This document shows positions 1-10,280 of a stretch of 64,000 nt of DNA, piece after piece; positions within the stretch are counted from its first letter, which is position 1; each line of letters starts with the position of its first letter. Where the stretch lies: contig CAUZDY010000015.1 in assembly GCA_963578805.1 (NCBI GenBank), positions 542-64,541 of the forward strand, given 5' to 3'. A model generated the notes under the pieces. The model searched no databases. It had not been told where the DNA came from and saw only the letters and a list, made by a program, of their open reading frames with translations. The DNA is from Vicinamibacteria bacterium. GTDB lineage: Bacteria; Acidobacteriota; Vicinamibacteria; Vicinamibacterales; UBA8438. The position numbers were made by a program, and so were the translations under genes.

Positions 1-1
1 G

Positions 2-1681
2 ACGACCTTCCGACGCAATGGCATGGATGCCGCCGGAGATAGCGCTAAGTACGACCGTGAGAGCGACATCCTGCGTCTGTTGAGCAACGCGCAGGTCGAC
101 TTGACAACTGACACAACCAGCACGCGTATTCTGTCTCGGGCCGCGACCTTGGCGCAGAGCGACCTATATATGGAGTTCAGTGACGACGTTAATATCGAGA
201 CCGATAACGAGCGGATGACGGCTGGGCGCGCTCGAGCTACGCTTCAAAATGCGGGAACAACCGTTGAGTCGCTCAACCTGATGCGCGACGCACGGATTGT
301 CGGCATCGCCCCCCAGGCAGGGAACCTCCGGGAAATGACTGCGCGCGCTATAGGGCTCGTCTATGACGATACTGGTGTAGCCCTCGAGACCGCGGTGTTG
401 ACTGGCGGGTCGCAGATCGAGATGGCCGGTGCCGATGGCTCGGCCGGCAGCACGATCCATGGCCGCTCGATACGACTCTTGTTTGCCGGCGACGGTATTG
501 AGGTGGTCGAGCTAGTGGCTCGAGCTGGCGTGGTGTTCAGACTTTCGACACCTTTGGACGAGGTAGCACAGACGATCAGTGCCGATTCCCTAACCGTGAG
601 CAGGCAAAGCGACGGTGAACCCGAACAGGCGCGGTTCGAGGGCGACGTAACATTTCGAGAGGTCTCGTTAGACGACAACGGCCTCCAGGTCGAGATGGTC
701 ACCCATGCGGACCGTCTGGATTGCACGCTGATAGACGAGATGACAAAAATTGGCGAGACACGCTTTCTTGGAAATGTGAGGTTCGAAACCAGAGACCTGG
801 TCGGGGTAACCGACGAGGCGATCTATGCACTCGAGGAGGGTCGGGTCGAGCTGATAACCAGCGATCGAGCCGGTCGTACGCCACGAGTCAATGATAGTCG
901 GGGTTCGGTGCAGGCTAACCTGATTTCTCTCAGCTTAAACCAAAGCGAGATCACAGCCGAAGGGGAGGTCGAGAGCGTACTAGTGACCGATCCGGCGAAA
1001 ATGGAGACGGAGGGCCTGGCACGCCGACCGGGCTTGCTCGAACCAAGCGAACCGACCTATGTCACTGCTGGTCGGCTTGTCTACGGCGGAATGACGAACA
1101 CAGCGGTTTATTCGCAGGGTGCACGACTGTGGCAGGCCGCGACCGAATTTGTGGCCGACACGATTGTGCTAGACGAGGACAACGGAAACATCACTGCTGA
1201 CGGTGATGTCCGGACTCGCTCGATGATCAAGCAAGTCAACGATGAAACGGGACTTCAAGAAGAATCGATCAACACCGGGAGGGCTAATGAGTTCATGTAT
1301 GATGACACCCTTCACCAGGCGATCTACACAACGGATGCCAGTCTTCTCGGTCCTCGTGGCGATCTGACGGCTGACAAAATTTCTCTGTTCCTCATGTCTG
1401 ACAGCCGAACGCTCGAGCGCATCGAGGCGATTGGCCATGTTGAGCTTGCCATGCCAGGGCGGTCCATAACCGGCGAAACACTGGTGTACCACGATGCCGA
1501 AGGACGGTACGAGATGGAGGGTGAACCAGTTCATATCATTGAAGAGATCGACCAGCAGTGTCGAGAGACCACCGGTCGTACGTTGACGTTCTTCCTGACC
1601 GATGACGCCGTCTCGGTTGATGGGGAATCCGAAGAGCGTACGGAGACTCTTCGGGGTATCTGTTCAGCCCTTGTTCCGTAA
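2..1681 (+). CDS. LptA/OstA-family periplasmic LPS-transport protein, unusually long; 5' end probably outside the window
   Basis: Reading frame is open from nt 2 (first ATG at 23). Several repeats of the OstA/LptA beta-jellyroll pattern (ADSLTVSRQ..FEGDVTFRE; HADRLDCTL..FLGNVRFET; TADKISLFLM..IEAIGHVEL). Stop at 1681 abuts the lptB ATG at 1682, matching the conserved lptA-lptB-rpoN order. Confidence 0.6.
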   Translation, partial: TTFRRNGMDAAGDSAKYDRESDILRLLSNAQVDLTTDTTSTRILSRAATLAQSDLYMEFSDDVNIETDNERMTAGRARATLQNAGTTVESLNLMRDARIVGIAPQAGNLREMTARAIGLVYDDTGVALETAVLTGGSQIEMAGADGSAGSTIHGRSIRLLFAGDGIEVVELVARAGVVFRLSTPLDEVAQTISADSLTVSRQSDGEPEQARFEGDVTFREVSLDDNGLQVEMVTHADRLDCTLIDEMTKIGETRFLGNVRFETRDLVGVTDEAIYALEEGRVELITSDRAGRTPRVNDSRGSVQANLISLSLNQSEITAEGEVESVLVTDPAKMETEGLARRPGLLEPSEPTYVTAGRLVYGGMTNTAVYSQGARLWQAATEFVADTIVLDEDNGNITADGDVRTRSMIKQVNDETGLQEESINTGRANEFMYDDTLHQAIYTTDASLLGPRGDLTADKISLFLMSDSRTLERIEAIGHVELAMPGRSITGETLVYHDAEGRYEMEGEPVHIIEEIDQQCRETTGRTLTFFLTDDAVSVDGESEERTETLRGICSALVP

Positions 1682-2407
1682 ATGGCCATTCTTCGAACTG
1701 ACAGGCTAATCAAGTCCTATGGCGGACGGACCGTCGTCCGTGAGGTGAGTCTCGACGTGCACTCCGGTGAAGTGGTGGGACTTCTCGGGGCTAACGGAGC
1801 CGGGAAGACCACGATCTTTTATATGACCGTGGGGCTGACAACTCCGGACTCAGGCTCCGTAATTCTGGACGGCGTCGACGTAACAGATGCGCCGATGTAT
1901 GTGCGAGCCAGGAAGGGAATCGGCTATCTGCCGCAGGAACCCTCGATCTTCAGAGGCTTGACGGTCGAGCAGAACATCCTGGCCATTCTAGAGACGCTGA
2001 ACCTGGGACGCACTGAGCGTCGTGAACGCGCCGCGGCACTGCTAGACGAGCTCAATTTGACGCCACTCGCCAAGTCGCCAGCACATACCCTATCGGGTGG
2101 AGAGCGGCGTCGGGTTGAAATCACCCGGGCGTTAGTCATGTCCCCCTCCTTTATTCTTTTAGATGAACCTTTCGCCGGCATTGACCCCATTGCCGTCACC
2201 GATATTCAAGCCATTATTTCTCATCTCAAGGAACGCGGCATCGGTGCTTTGATCACAGATCACAACGTCCGAGAGACACTTCGGATCACCGATCGAGCCT
2301 ACATTGTCCACGACGGAACCGTGTTCCGAAAAGGAACGCCAGCCGATCTTGCGAGCGATGACGAAGTCAAGAGGATCTACTTGGGCGCAGATTTCCACTT
2401 GGACTAG
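1682..2407 (+). CDS. lptB: LPS export ABC transporter ATP-binding protein LptB
   Basis: Walker [13 protein letters not shown] signature LSGGERRR, Walker [13 protein letters not shown]. Located between the lptA-like gene and rpoN. Confidence 0.9.
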   Translation: MAILRTDRLIKSYGGRTVVREVSLDVHSGEVVGLLGANGAGKTTIFYMTVGLTTPDSGSVILDGVDVTDAPMYVRARKGIGYLPQEPSIFRGLTVEQNILAILETLNLGRTERRERAAALLDELNLTPLAKSPAHTLSGGERRRVEITRALVMSPSFILLDEPFAGIDPIAVTDIQAIISHLKERGIGALITDHNVRETLRITDRAYIVHDGTVFRKGTPADLASDDEVKRIYLGADFHLD

Positions 2408-2492
2408 AATGGAATTTTGTCTGGTTTGATCAAAAAGACTTATCACGCGTTGAATTGAAAGAGCAGCGTGGTGCTCGGGATCCGGACACGAA

Positions 2493-3926
2493 ATGGCATT
2501 AACTCAGAGGCTCGAGACACGGTTATCCCAGAAGCTCATTCTGACGCCATCGCTGCAGCAGGCTATAAAGTTGCTGCCGATGACGACGCTCGAACTGATG
2601 GACAAGTTGAACCAGGAGGTGGTCGAAAACCCTCTGCTGGAGGAAGTGACCACAGAGGAGCTTCAACAGGTCGATAGCGAAACTCAAATAGAGAGTCTTG
2701 AAGCTGCACCTGAGGCGTCAAGTGAAAAACAAGACACGTGGGATGACGCGGACTACGAGTACTTCTTTGGCGAATATCTCGACGAGCGATACCGTCCGAG
2801 AATTCCTAGAGAGGTCAAGAATCTTCCACTAATCGAAAATACATTGTCCGCCGGTGGGTCGCTTTCCGAGCACCTGATGTGGCAGCTTTCGGCGGTGAGC
2901 GATGGCGACCTGACTCGAACCATTGGCATTGCCATTATCGGCAACATTGATGACGACGGCTATCTGGTGGCTTCGACCGGCGAGATCCTTGCCATGGGTC
3001 CGTGGTCCAAGTCAGATGTGGAACGAGCACTGGCTATCATCCAAGGATTTGACCCCGTAGGGGTCGCCGCGCGTGATCTTAGAGAATGTTTACTCCTTCA
3101 GCTCAGGCACCTCGGAATGGAGAACACGCACAGCGAGACGATCATTCGCGACCACATTACGCTACTCCAACAGCATAAGCTACGAGAATTGGCTGGCCAC
3201 CTCGACGTAACGATCGACGAAATTAAACAGCACATCGACATCATTCGCCGTCTCGACCCTAAGCCGGGGATGCGGCATAGCCCGTCGCAGTCGCAGTACG
3301 TAATCCCGGACGTTTATGTTGCAAAAATAGAAGATAAGTATGTGGTGACGCTCAACGAAGAAGGGCTGCCGCAGTTACGGATCAGTCCGGTCTATCGCCG
3401 GATGCTGGACAAGAACAGCAAGAACAGCGATGAAACCCGCTCGTATGTTAGAGAGAAGTGTCGGGCAGCTCTCTGGTTGATTAAGTCGGTCAATCAGCGT
3501 CAAAAGACCATTCAGAAGGTGGCGACGAGCATTATCAACTTCCAACGCGAGTTCCTCGACCAGGGCATCGAGTACCTGCGTCCACTGGTCCTTCGTGATG
3601 TCGCCAATGACATCGGGATGCACGAGTCGACCGTGAGTCGGGTCGTTAACAACAAGTACATGCACACACCTCAGGGTGTGTTCGAGATGAGATATTTTTT
3701 TCACAGTGGGATCCATAGCTCCTATGGGGAAAGCATTTCGTCGGTAACGATTAAGCAGCGGATTAAAAAGATTATTAAACGCGAGGACCCAGAAAGACCC
3801 TTGAGTGACTCTCGTATCGTGGGTATTCTACAAGGAGAAGGTTTAGCTCTCGCACGACGGACTATTGCGAAATATCGCGAAGAACTAAAGATTCCGCCAT
3901 CAAGTCAACGAAAAGTTATTTACTAG
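2493..3926 (+). CDS. rpoN: RNA polymerase sigma-54 factor RpoN
   Basis: Region I MALTQRLETRLSQKLILTPSLQQAIKLL, acidic region II, C-terminal HTH (ESTVSRVVNNKYM) and RpoN box (ARRTIAKYRE). Confidence 0.95.
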   Translation: MALTQRLETRLSQKLILTPSLQQAIKLLPMTTLELMDKLNQEVVENPLLEEVTTEELQQVDSETQIESLEAAPEASSEKQDTWDDADYEYFFGEYLDERYRPRIPREVKNLPLIENTLSAGGSLSEHLMWQLSAVSDGDLTRTIGIAIIGNIDDDGYLVASTGEILAMGPWSKSDVERALAIIQGFDPVGVAARDLRECLLLQLRHLGMENTHSETIIRDHITLLQQHKLRELAGHLDVTIDEIKQHIDIIRRLDPKPGMRHSPSQSQYVIPDVYVAKIEDKYVVTLNEEGLPQLRISPVYRRMLDKNSKNSDETRSYVREKCRAALWLIKSVNQRQKTIQKVATSIINFQREFLDQGIEYLRPLVLRDVANDIGMHESTVSRVVNNKYMHTPQGVFEMRYFFHSGIHSSYGESISSVTIKQRIKKIIKREDPERPLSDSRIVGILQGEGLALARRTIAKYREELKIPPSSQRKVIY

Positions 3927-4194
3927 TATTCCGTGTGCGGGCGAGCCGCCAGGCCTGACCGCTCGCGGAGCCCGTGAGCAATGCAGACAATGGCTACCGG
4001 ATGTCACGTTGAGATTCGAGCCGATTTGCAGGAGTTAATGTGCTGTGAGCTCAAGTGTACCCTGAACAACACTGAGGTCTTGGCTTACCCTATTTCAAAA
4101 CTTAGGCATTTCTCCTTCCCAGCGGGACTTGCGCTGCATGCCTGTGGCGTGCACATAGTACGCGGCGATTTCACCAGGCCGTCAGTCATTATTC

Positions 4195-5097
4195 ATGAAC
4201 AGTAGCCACCGCACGACGAACCTGATCGGCAAGGAGGCTCGTTTCGTCGTACTCACGGGGTTATCTGGTTCCGGGAAGTCCGAAGCGATTAGAGCGCTAG
4301 AGGACTTGGGTTACTTCTGCGTCGATAACCTACCTACCTCCCTCATGGAAACCTTTGCCGACATGTTGGGTCGTCGGGACCAACCGATCGGACATGCCGC
4401 GGTGGTCGTCGACATGCGTGATCCGCAGTTTCTCCGCCAGTTTCCTCGTGGCCTCCGAAACCTCCGTCGCCGGAAAACACTGGGAACCGTCGTGATCTTC
4501 CTGGAGGCGAGCGATGCCGCGCTGGTCCGACGTTTCTCTGAGACCAGGCGGCCGCATCCAATCGGTGCTGACCAGATCCTTGACGGTATTCTTCAGGAGC
4601 GATCACGCCTTGAGTCCGTCAAGCAGCTGGCCGACAAGGTGTTCGACACATCCGATCTCACGGTGCACGAGTTGCGACGGGGTTTCATGGAACTCTCATA
4701 CGGTGGAACCGACAAACAGCTTGTCGTGACGCTGTTTAGTTTCGGCTACAAACAAGGTATTCCGCTGGAAGCCGATTTGCTCCTGGATGTGCGGTTTTTG
4801 CCAAATCCGTATTTTATCCCGGCTCTTCGGGCGCTCACCGGACGTGACCAGGACGTCCAAGAATATCTCGACAAAGCGGAGGCCACCGGGACGTTTCTCG
4901 ACAAAACTATCGAGCTGCTCAATTTTTTACTCCCTCAGTATTCGAGCGAGGGAAAGAGCTATCTGACGGTCGGTATTGGATGCACGGGTGGGCGTCATCG
5001 ATCTGTCGCGATCGCTGAACGGTTACGACGACGATTACCCAGGATCAAGGGGATTCGACTCCGAGTAAAACATCGAGATATCTTCCTAGAGTCGTAG
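4195..5097 (+). CDS. rapZ: RNase adapter protein RapZ (YhbJ family P-loop protein)
   Basis: GLSGSGKS P-loop followed by ALEDLGYFCVDNLP; C-terminal GCTGGRHRSV motif; rpoN-linked position typical for this family. Confidence 0.88.
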   Translation: MNSSHRTTNLIGKEARFVVLTGLSGSGKSEAIRALEDLGYFCVDNLPTSLMETFADMLGRRDQPIGHAAVVVDMRDPQFLRQFPRGLRNLRRRKTLGTVVIFLEASDAALVRRFSETRRPHPIGADQILDGILQERSRLESVKQLADKVFDTSDLTVHELRRGFMELSYGGTDKQLVVTLFSFGYKQGIPLEADLLLDVRFLPNPYFIPALRALTGRDQDVQEYLDKAEATGTFLDKTIELLNFLLPQYSSEGKSYLTVGIGCTGGRHRSVAIAERLRRRLPRIKGIRLRVKHRDIFLES

Positions 5098-5114
5098 ACC
5101 CAGAGAGGAAAACC

Positions 5115-5477
5115 ATGGCCGAAGCGAACACGATACGAGTTGAGAAACCGTGGGGCTACGAGTTGCACTGGGCCAAGACGGACCGCTACGTCGGAAAGGT
5201 CATTCACGTCGATGCCGGGCAGGCACTTAGTCTGCAGTATCACAATGTGAAGGATGAAACGATTCTGCTGTGGAGCGGTCGCCTGGAGTTTGAGATCATT
5301 CACGATGGAGTAACGACCACCTTTGAGATGAAACCGGGCGAACGTATCCACATCGCCCCAAAGACCACCCATAGAATGACCGCTATTGAGGACTGCAATA
5401 TTATCGAGGTCTCCACTCCGGAGCTTGACGATGTCGTGAGGCTTGAAGATCGCTACGGTCGCGCCGACCCGATCTAG
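5115..5477 (+). CDS. small cupin-domain protein (type II phosphomannose-isomerase C-terminal-like)
   Basis: 120-aa single cupin barrel with WGYELHW..GQALSLQYHNVKDET..HRM pattern. GAGAGGAAAACC precedes the ATG. Confidence 0.6.
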   Translation: MAEANTIRVEKPWGYELHWAKTDRYVGKVIHVDAGQALSLQYHNVKDETILLWSGRLEFEIIHDGVTTTFEMKPGERIHIAPKTTHRMTAIEDCNIIEVSTPELDDVVRLEDRYGRADPI

Positions 5478-5553
5478 TTCAACCTCCAGCCAGATTCAAA
5501 GTCCATCGGGCCGATGTCGCAGCGATACAGTAGGTGAGGAGAGGAGCTCGCGA

Positions 5554-6006
5554 CTAGAAGGGAATATCGTCCTCGGTTAACTCAGACGGTTCACTGGGTT
5601 GGTTCGAGCCACTAGGTTGAGAGGACAGGGTGGGATCATCAGTGTCGTCGCCGCGAGATACCCCACCACCGCCACCACGTCCGCCTAGCAGTACGACTCG
5701 ATCGGCGCGAGTCTCTGTGGTGTATCGCTTATTCCCGTCCCGATCGTCCCACTGTCGAGTCTGAAGACGTCCCTCGACATAGATCTGTCGGCCCTTGAGC
5801 AGATACTCCTGAAGTGTCTCGGCCGTCTTACCCCATAGCACGACCCGATGCCATTCCGTCTTTTCCTGCCGCTGCCCGCCCTTGTCGGTCCAGACATCAG
5901 TCGTGGCGAGACTCAACGTGGCGACTGCAGTCCCGCCGGAGGTGTGTCGGACCTCGGCATCACGGCCGAGGTTGCCCACAAGGATGACCTTGTTCACGCT
6001 GCCCAT
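5554..6006 (-). CDS. ssb: single-stranded DNA-binding protein
   Basis: OB-fold N-terminus [25 protein letters not shown], Gly-rich linker, acidic tip DDIPF. Confidence 0.95.
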   Translation of the reverse strand: MGSVNKVILVGNLGRDAEVRHTSGGTAVATLSLATTDVWTDKGGQRQEKTEWHRVVLWGKTAETLQEYLLKGRQIYVEGRLQTRQWDDRDGNKRYTTETRADRVVLLGGRGGGGGVSRGDDTDDPTLSSQPSGSNQPSEPSELTEDDIPF

Positions 6007-6019
6007 TAATCTCTGCTTT

Positions 6020-6865
6020 CTAGGGTTGGCTTATTCGGTCGAGTGCCTGTTCTGCCAGTGTGGCCATCGTACTGTCTGGATAGTTGGTGAAAACGAGCTC
6101 AAACGCTTGGCGGGCGCGCTCTGTTTCGCCCAATCGGTCGAGAGCCAAACCTCGTTTGTAGGAGGCTTCGGGAACAACATCACCGTCTGGATAGGTCAAG
6201 ATAACCTGTTCGAATGCCATTACCGCTTTACGAAACTGTCCGTCAGCGTAATGCGTCTGCCCGATATAGAACTGCGCGTCATCCGCAAACTCTGACCGCG
6301 GGAACGTCTTCAGGTACGCCTCGAAGCCCTCAACGGCCAACACCCACTGCCCGTTCGTATAGTCAGCCCAAGCAGTGTCATACATGCGACGCGGTGACAC
6401 GCCCGCGCTGACAGGCACCACGGGTGGCGGCTCGATCGAATCAGCAGGAGTCTCGAGGGGTAAACCTGTCTCTGGGTCGATCAATAAATGGGTCACAGGG
6501 ATCGACATCGGCGGTATCGCCACCCGGAGCGCCTCAACCTCCTGTGACATCGACGAAATACGCACGTTCGTATCGTCAATTTTCTCGCGTAGAATTCTCA
6601 CATCGCCCGCGACCCCATCCACAAGAAGTCGCTGGTCGGCAAATGCTCGCACCGTCTCTTCAGCCTGTGTGGCCAGTTGCGTCGTCAAGCTCTGGAGCGA
6701 TTCGTCAAGCGCGGAGATCTGAAGCTGTAGCCGCATGGTCTGCTCGTGCAACATGCGCAGGTCGGCCATTATCTGCTGACGCTCGCGGTTTTGGCCGTTG
6801 ACCCGTCCCGGAAACGTCACAAGCATTGCCGCCATTAGCCACGGGACGATAACGCTCCGCGTCAC
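6020..6865 (-). CDS. cpoB: Tol-Pal system protein CpoB/YbgF (coiled coil plus TPR)
   Basis: Signal peptide, N-terminal coiled coil, C-terminal TPR repeats ([31 protein letters not shown]). Directly downstream of pal. Confidence 0.75.
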   Translation of the reverse strand: MTRSVIVPWLMAAMLVTFPGRVNGQNRERQQIMADLRMLHEQTMRLQLQISALDESLQSLTTQLATQAEETVRAFADQRLLVDGVAGDVRILREKIDDTNVRISSMSQEVEALRVAIPPMSIPVTHLLIDPETGLPLETPADSIEPPPVVPVSAGVSPRRMYDTAWADYTNGQWVLAVEGFEAYLKTFPRSEFADDAQFYIGQTHYADGQFRKAVMAFEQVILTYPDGDVVPEASYKRGLALDRLGETERARQAFELVFTNYPDSTMATLAEQALDRISQP

Positions 6866-6921
6866 TGTATATGCCTCATCTGATCCAGATTAACGCAAAC
6901 CGCTACGCCGTGAAAGTCGGA

Positions 6922-7506
6922 CTACCGATTAGTGATAACAAAATGGGCCCGTCGGTTACGTTCCCACGCTTCGGGTGTACTCCCCGGGTCGAACGGGAAT
7001 TCTTTTCCGTAGCTCACGGTGTTGATCCGATCGGCACTGATTCCCATCACGACTAGATACTCCTGAGCCGTCAACGCCCGGCGCTCACCAAGAGATAAGT
7101 TGTACTCCGGGCTCCCACGCTCATCACAGTGCCCTTCGATCGTGATCACCCAACTTGTATATTGTCTGAGAATCTCGGCATTGGCCTGTAGAACCGATTG
7201 CCCCTGCAGGCTCATGTTGAATTGATCGTACTCAAAAAACACCGGTTGGAGTGGTGACTCTCGGTTTAGATCTTCTAAGCTTCGTGACGTAAACCCATCC
7301 TCATTGACAATCGTTGGTGGCGTCTGCGGCTCCTGGGGGGGCGCTGGAGGAGGTGGTGGTGTGCGGATCGTCTGATTCGTCGGAGGGGGAGGCGGAGGAG
7401 CATCAGGCTCGACCGGCGGAGGGTTTCGGGCGCAGGCCGCTAAGACAATGCCGGTCAAGCCAATCCCAAGGAGGCGGGTCACTGATATCGATCTGATAGT
7501 ACGCAT
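6922..7506 (-). CDS. pal: peptidoglycan-associated lipoprotein Pal (OmpA-like domain)
   Basis: Start moved to the internal ATG at 7506, which gives a signal peptide with lipobox VLAAC. Pro-rich linker. OmpA-like C-domain (ITIEGHCDERGSPEYNLSLGERRA). Confidence 0.85.
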   Translation of the reverse strand: MRTIRSISVTRLLGIGLTGIVLAACARNPPPVEPDAPPPPPPTNQTIRTPPPPPAPPQEPQTPPTIVNEDGFTSRSLEDLNRESPLQPVFFEYDQFNMSLQGQSVLQANAEILRQYTSWVITIEGHCDERGSPEYNLSLGERRALTAQEYLVVMGISADRINTVSYGKEFPFDPGSTPEAWERNRRAHFVITNR

Positions 7507-7627
7507 CGAATTTCCCTTGTGAAACGTTACCGCGAGACAATGTTTCATGCTTCCTCGTAGATTGCTTGATTATTACCCCGTCAGTGCACCGAAGACTGAG
7601 ACCGTTCTGCAAGGTCTCCACACTTAA

Positions 7628-9001
7628 TCACGGTGACCAGCTTGGCATCTCGTTGTTCCCCACGCTCGTGATGCGACGGAGCCCTCGTCCATCGCGTCCG
7701 ATTATCCAAATCTGCTTCGTTCCGCTCCCGCGGGTAGACGAGAACGCGACGTGTCGACCGTTGGGCGAATAGCTCGGACTCTCGTTCGTTCCGAGACCGA
7801 ATGTGAGTTGTCGTGTTTCGTTTGTTGCCAGGTCGAGCACCTTGATGTCATGCCCAGGGCCGGTTTGAGACGAATATGCGATCTCGTTGTACGGCGCAGG
7901 CGACCAAGTCGGACGATCGCAATGCGATTCGAACGTTAGCCGTCGCAGGCCCGTGCCGTCAGCGCCGACCACGTACACCTGCGGTGAACCCGTGCGATCA
8001 GAGACGAAGGCTAATTGATGCCCCTGCGGCGACCAGGTTGGGCTAGTGTCGATCCCGGGATGATTTGTCAACCTGCGCAACTCACTCCCGTCAGCATTGC
8101 TGACATAGAGCTCTGGCTGTCCGTCGCGATTGGATGTGAACGCGAGCTGGGTCCCATCCGAAGACCATGCGGGCAGCCAGTTCTGGTTGTCCCAGGTGCC
8201 ACTCGCGGGAGATTCGAGACGCCCCTGATAGATATGAGAGACAAGCACATCCATATACGGGCGCCACGCCGTGTAGGCGATCGAACGTCCGTCCGGAGAC
8301 CAGGCCGGATTGTTGTTAAGTGCCCGACTGATGGTGACCCGTCTGACGTTGACGCCGTCATAGTCGGAGAAATACACCTCCTTCGTTGCGCGGTTCTCGA
8401 CGAGGCCGAGCATTGATTCGCTGTCACGATCCGAAATGTAAGCGATCTTCGACCGCGCGACGCCTCGGAGACCACGCTGATGGCGGTGAATCTCGTCAGA
8501 GAGTTGGTGGGCATACGTTCGGACGTTGCCCATTGACCCGGTGTACTCCACGCCGAATGGCGAGGTCATCGACCGCACATTGAACAACCGGGCCGTCACC
8601 CTGAGTTGGTCGTCGCCAACTCGTTCGACAGAGCAGCTCACGATGCCCTCGGCGCCGAGCTCGCGCCAGGCATTCAGGGGTAAATCGGTGAGAGACCGCG
8701 CCTGGGGAACTGATTCGTAAGTGTCACGGGCCACCATTCTGAATTCACGCTCAAAGTCCAGATCGTCCCAAAGCACCTCCGCGACAGTCTCCGCAATGGC
8801 CTTCGTCTCGGCACCGCCAGAGGGGGCGAGGCAGTCAGGTACCGCCATTCGCGGTTGGGTGCCAATACGGTCGCCGATGATCAGTGAAACTTCTGAGCGT
8901 GGACGCGGCAGTTGGGGAGCCTCATTCGGCTGTTGAGCGGACACGAGAACAGCGGTACTGAATAGGCTGACAGCCAGCACGCTGCGAAGAATTCGGCTCA
9001 T
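7628..9001 (-). CDS. tolB: Tol-Pal system beta-propeller protein TolB
   Basis: Signal peptide; repeated propeller blades with PAWSPDG / PTWSPQG / PSYSPNG / PSWSP motifs. Confidence 0.9.
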   Translation of the reverse strand: MSRILRSVLAVSLFSTAVLVSAQQPNEAPQLPRPRSEVSLIIGDRIGTQPRMAVPDCLAPSGGAETKAIAETVAEVLWDDLDFEREFRMVARDTYESVPQARSLTDLPLNAWRELGAEGIVSCSVERVGDDQLRVTARLFNVRSMTSPFGVEYTGSMGNVRTYAHQLSDEIHRHQRGLRGVARSKIAYISDRDSESMLGLVENRATKEVYFSDYDGVNVRRVTISRALNNNPAWSPDGRSIAYTAWRPYMDVLVSHIYQGRLESPASGTWDNQNWLPAWSSDGTQLAFTSNRDGQPELYVSNADGSELRRLTNHPGIDTSPTWSPQGHQLAFVSDRTGSPQVYVVGADGTGLRRLTFESHCDRPTWSPAPYNEIAYSSQTGPGHDIKVLDLATNETRQLTFGLGTNESPSYSPNGRHVAFSSTRGSGTKQIWIIGRDGRGLRRITSVGNNEMPSWSP

Positions 9002-9783
9002 CGTCGGTACTCGAATGTCAGGCGAACGGTCAGGCTCTCTTCCGTAAACAAGCTCGGCAAAGGCGGGAGCTCGCGAGTTAAAAGAATCGCGCGACGAGCA
9101 CTCTGATCGAGCGCGATATAGCCGCTAGTTCGGTCGACGCCCACTGCATCGATCCTGCCATCGCGTCGGACCGTGAAACGAACAACAGCCGCCCCTGCGG
9201 TTTCCTGATTTGAGTCCCATCGTTCCCGGATCAGTGACACCATGGTCGCAAGATACTCGGGACAGCAGAAGTCACTTAGACTCAGCTCGGAGCCGCTGCC
9301 CCCAAGACCGCCGGCGGACAATCCAACACCGATCCCATCGACGCCGGTGTCGGACATGGCGTTGCCTTCCTGTAGCTGTGGGCCACGCGTCAGCTGTCGC
9401 CCCCGAGCCTCGTCAAATGCGGTTTCGACCTCGCTCTCTGGTTCCACGCGCGGCGCATCCTCGACCGGAATCACAACCTCTGGAGCGGTGTCCGCTGGTG
9501 GCTGAATCCACTGTGGTCTCCGTAACTCCATCAGCGGGATGACCTGCTGGATCGGGCGTGCTCCCAGTGGCGTTAGGCCTCCTTTTCCTGGGCCGTCTGG
9601 ACCTCCAAGTCGAATACTCATTGAGGCTGGCTCCTCGTCTACCCTGTCGAGGAACGTTCCCGGTGTGGCTAAAAGAGCCCCGACTGCGACAAGATGCACT
9701 ACCACCGACACGGCGAGAGTTCGCTCTAAGCCGTCGGTTTTCCCGGCACGCTCGGACAGTAACTGTGAAGCTGTTTTTCTCAC
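8998..9783 (-). CDS. tolA: TolA/TonB-family energy-transducing protein
   Basis: N-terminal membrane anchor (LAVSVVVHLVAVGALLA), Pro/Gly-rich spacer, TonB/TolA-type C-terminal domain. Sits between tolR and tolB and overlaps tolB by 4 nt. Confidence 0.6.
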   Translation of the reverse strand: MRKTASQLLSERAGKTDGLERTLAVSVVVHLVAVGALLATPGTFLDRVDEEPASMSIRLGGPDGPGKGGLTPLGARPIQQVIPLMELRRPQWIQPPADTAPEVVIPVEDAPRVEPESEVETAFDEARGRQLTRGPQLQEGNAMSDTGVDGIGVGLSAGGLGGSGSELSLSDFCCPEYLATMVSLIRERWDSNQETAGAAVVRFTVRRDGRIDAVGVDRTSGYIALDQSARRAILLTRELPPLPSLFTEESLTVRLTFEYRR

Positions 9784-9812
9784 GACGCTAGTGATCTCTG
9801 TGCGACCTCAAA

Positions 9813-10271
9813 TCAACGCGCCGTGATCTCGGTGACAAGTCCGACCTCGTTGACTCCTCCAGCCTTGAGTTCATCCATCACGCTGATTAACTCTTGATAG
9901 GTGATTTCCCCGTCGCCACGCACGAAGACCTGGCGGCTATTCTGGCTCTCCATGACCTGTTGTATTAAGTCGCGTAACACCTCAAAGCGGATCGGATTGT
10001 CGTCCAGGTGAAGGACGCCGTCGGTACGAAAGCTGACGGGAATAGTGACGAAGATCCGTTCGGAGCTGATCTGGTCGGCGCGGCGCGATTCAGGAAGGCT
10101 TACGTCTAGACCCCGTTGCATCATTGGTGCCGCGATCATGAAGATGATCAGCATAACCAGCATGACGTCGACGAGCGGCACGACATTGATCTCCGACAGA
10201 GCCGTTCCAACGCGCGGACCACGATATCTCCGTCCAATGCCGTGGCTAGCCTGCGGTTGAACGCTTGGCAT
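9813..10271 (-). CDS. tolR: biopolymer transport protein TolR/ExbD
   Basis: Single TM INVVPLVDVMLVMLIIFMI plus ExbD-type periplasmic domain; downstream of tolQ. Confidence 0.8.
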   Translation of the reverse strand: MPSVQPQASHGIGRRYRGPRVGTALSEINVVPLVDVMLVMLIIFMIAAPMMQRGLDVSLPESRRADQISSERIFVTIPVSFRTDGVLHLDDNPIRFEVLRDLIQQVMESQNSRQVFVRGDGEITYQELISVMDELKAGGVNEVGLVTEITAR

Positions 10272-10280
10272 TATTCTGTC

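Noticed and set aside
3981-4205. 74-aa ORF in the rpoN-rapZ gap
   Set aside because: It has no Shine-Dalgarno, an unusual Cys/His-rich composition, overlaps the rapZ start, and resembles neither Hpf nor PtsN.
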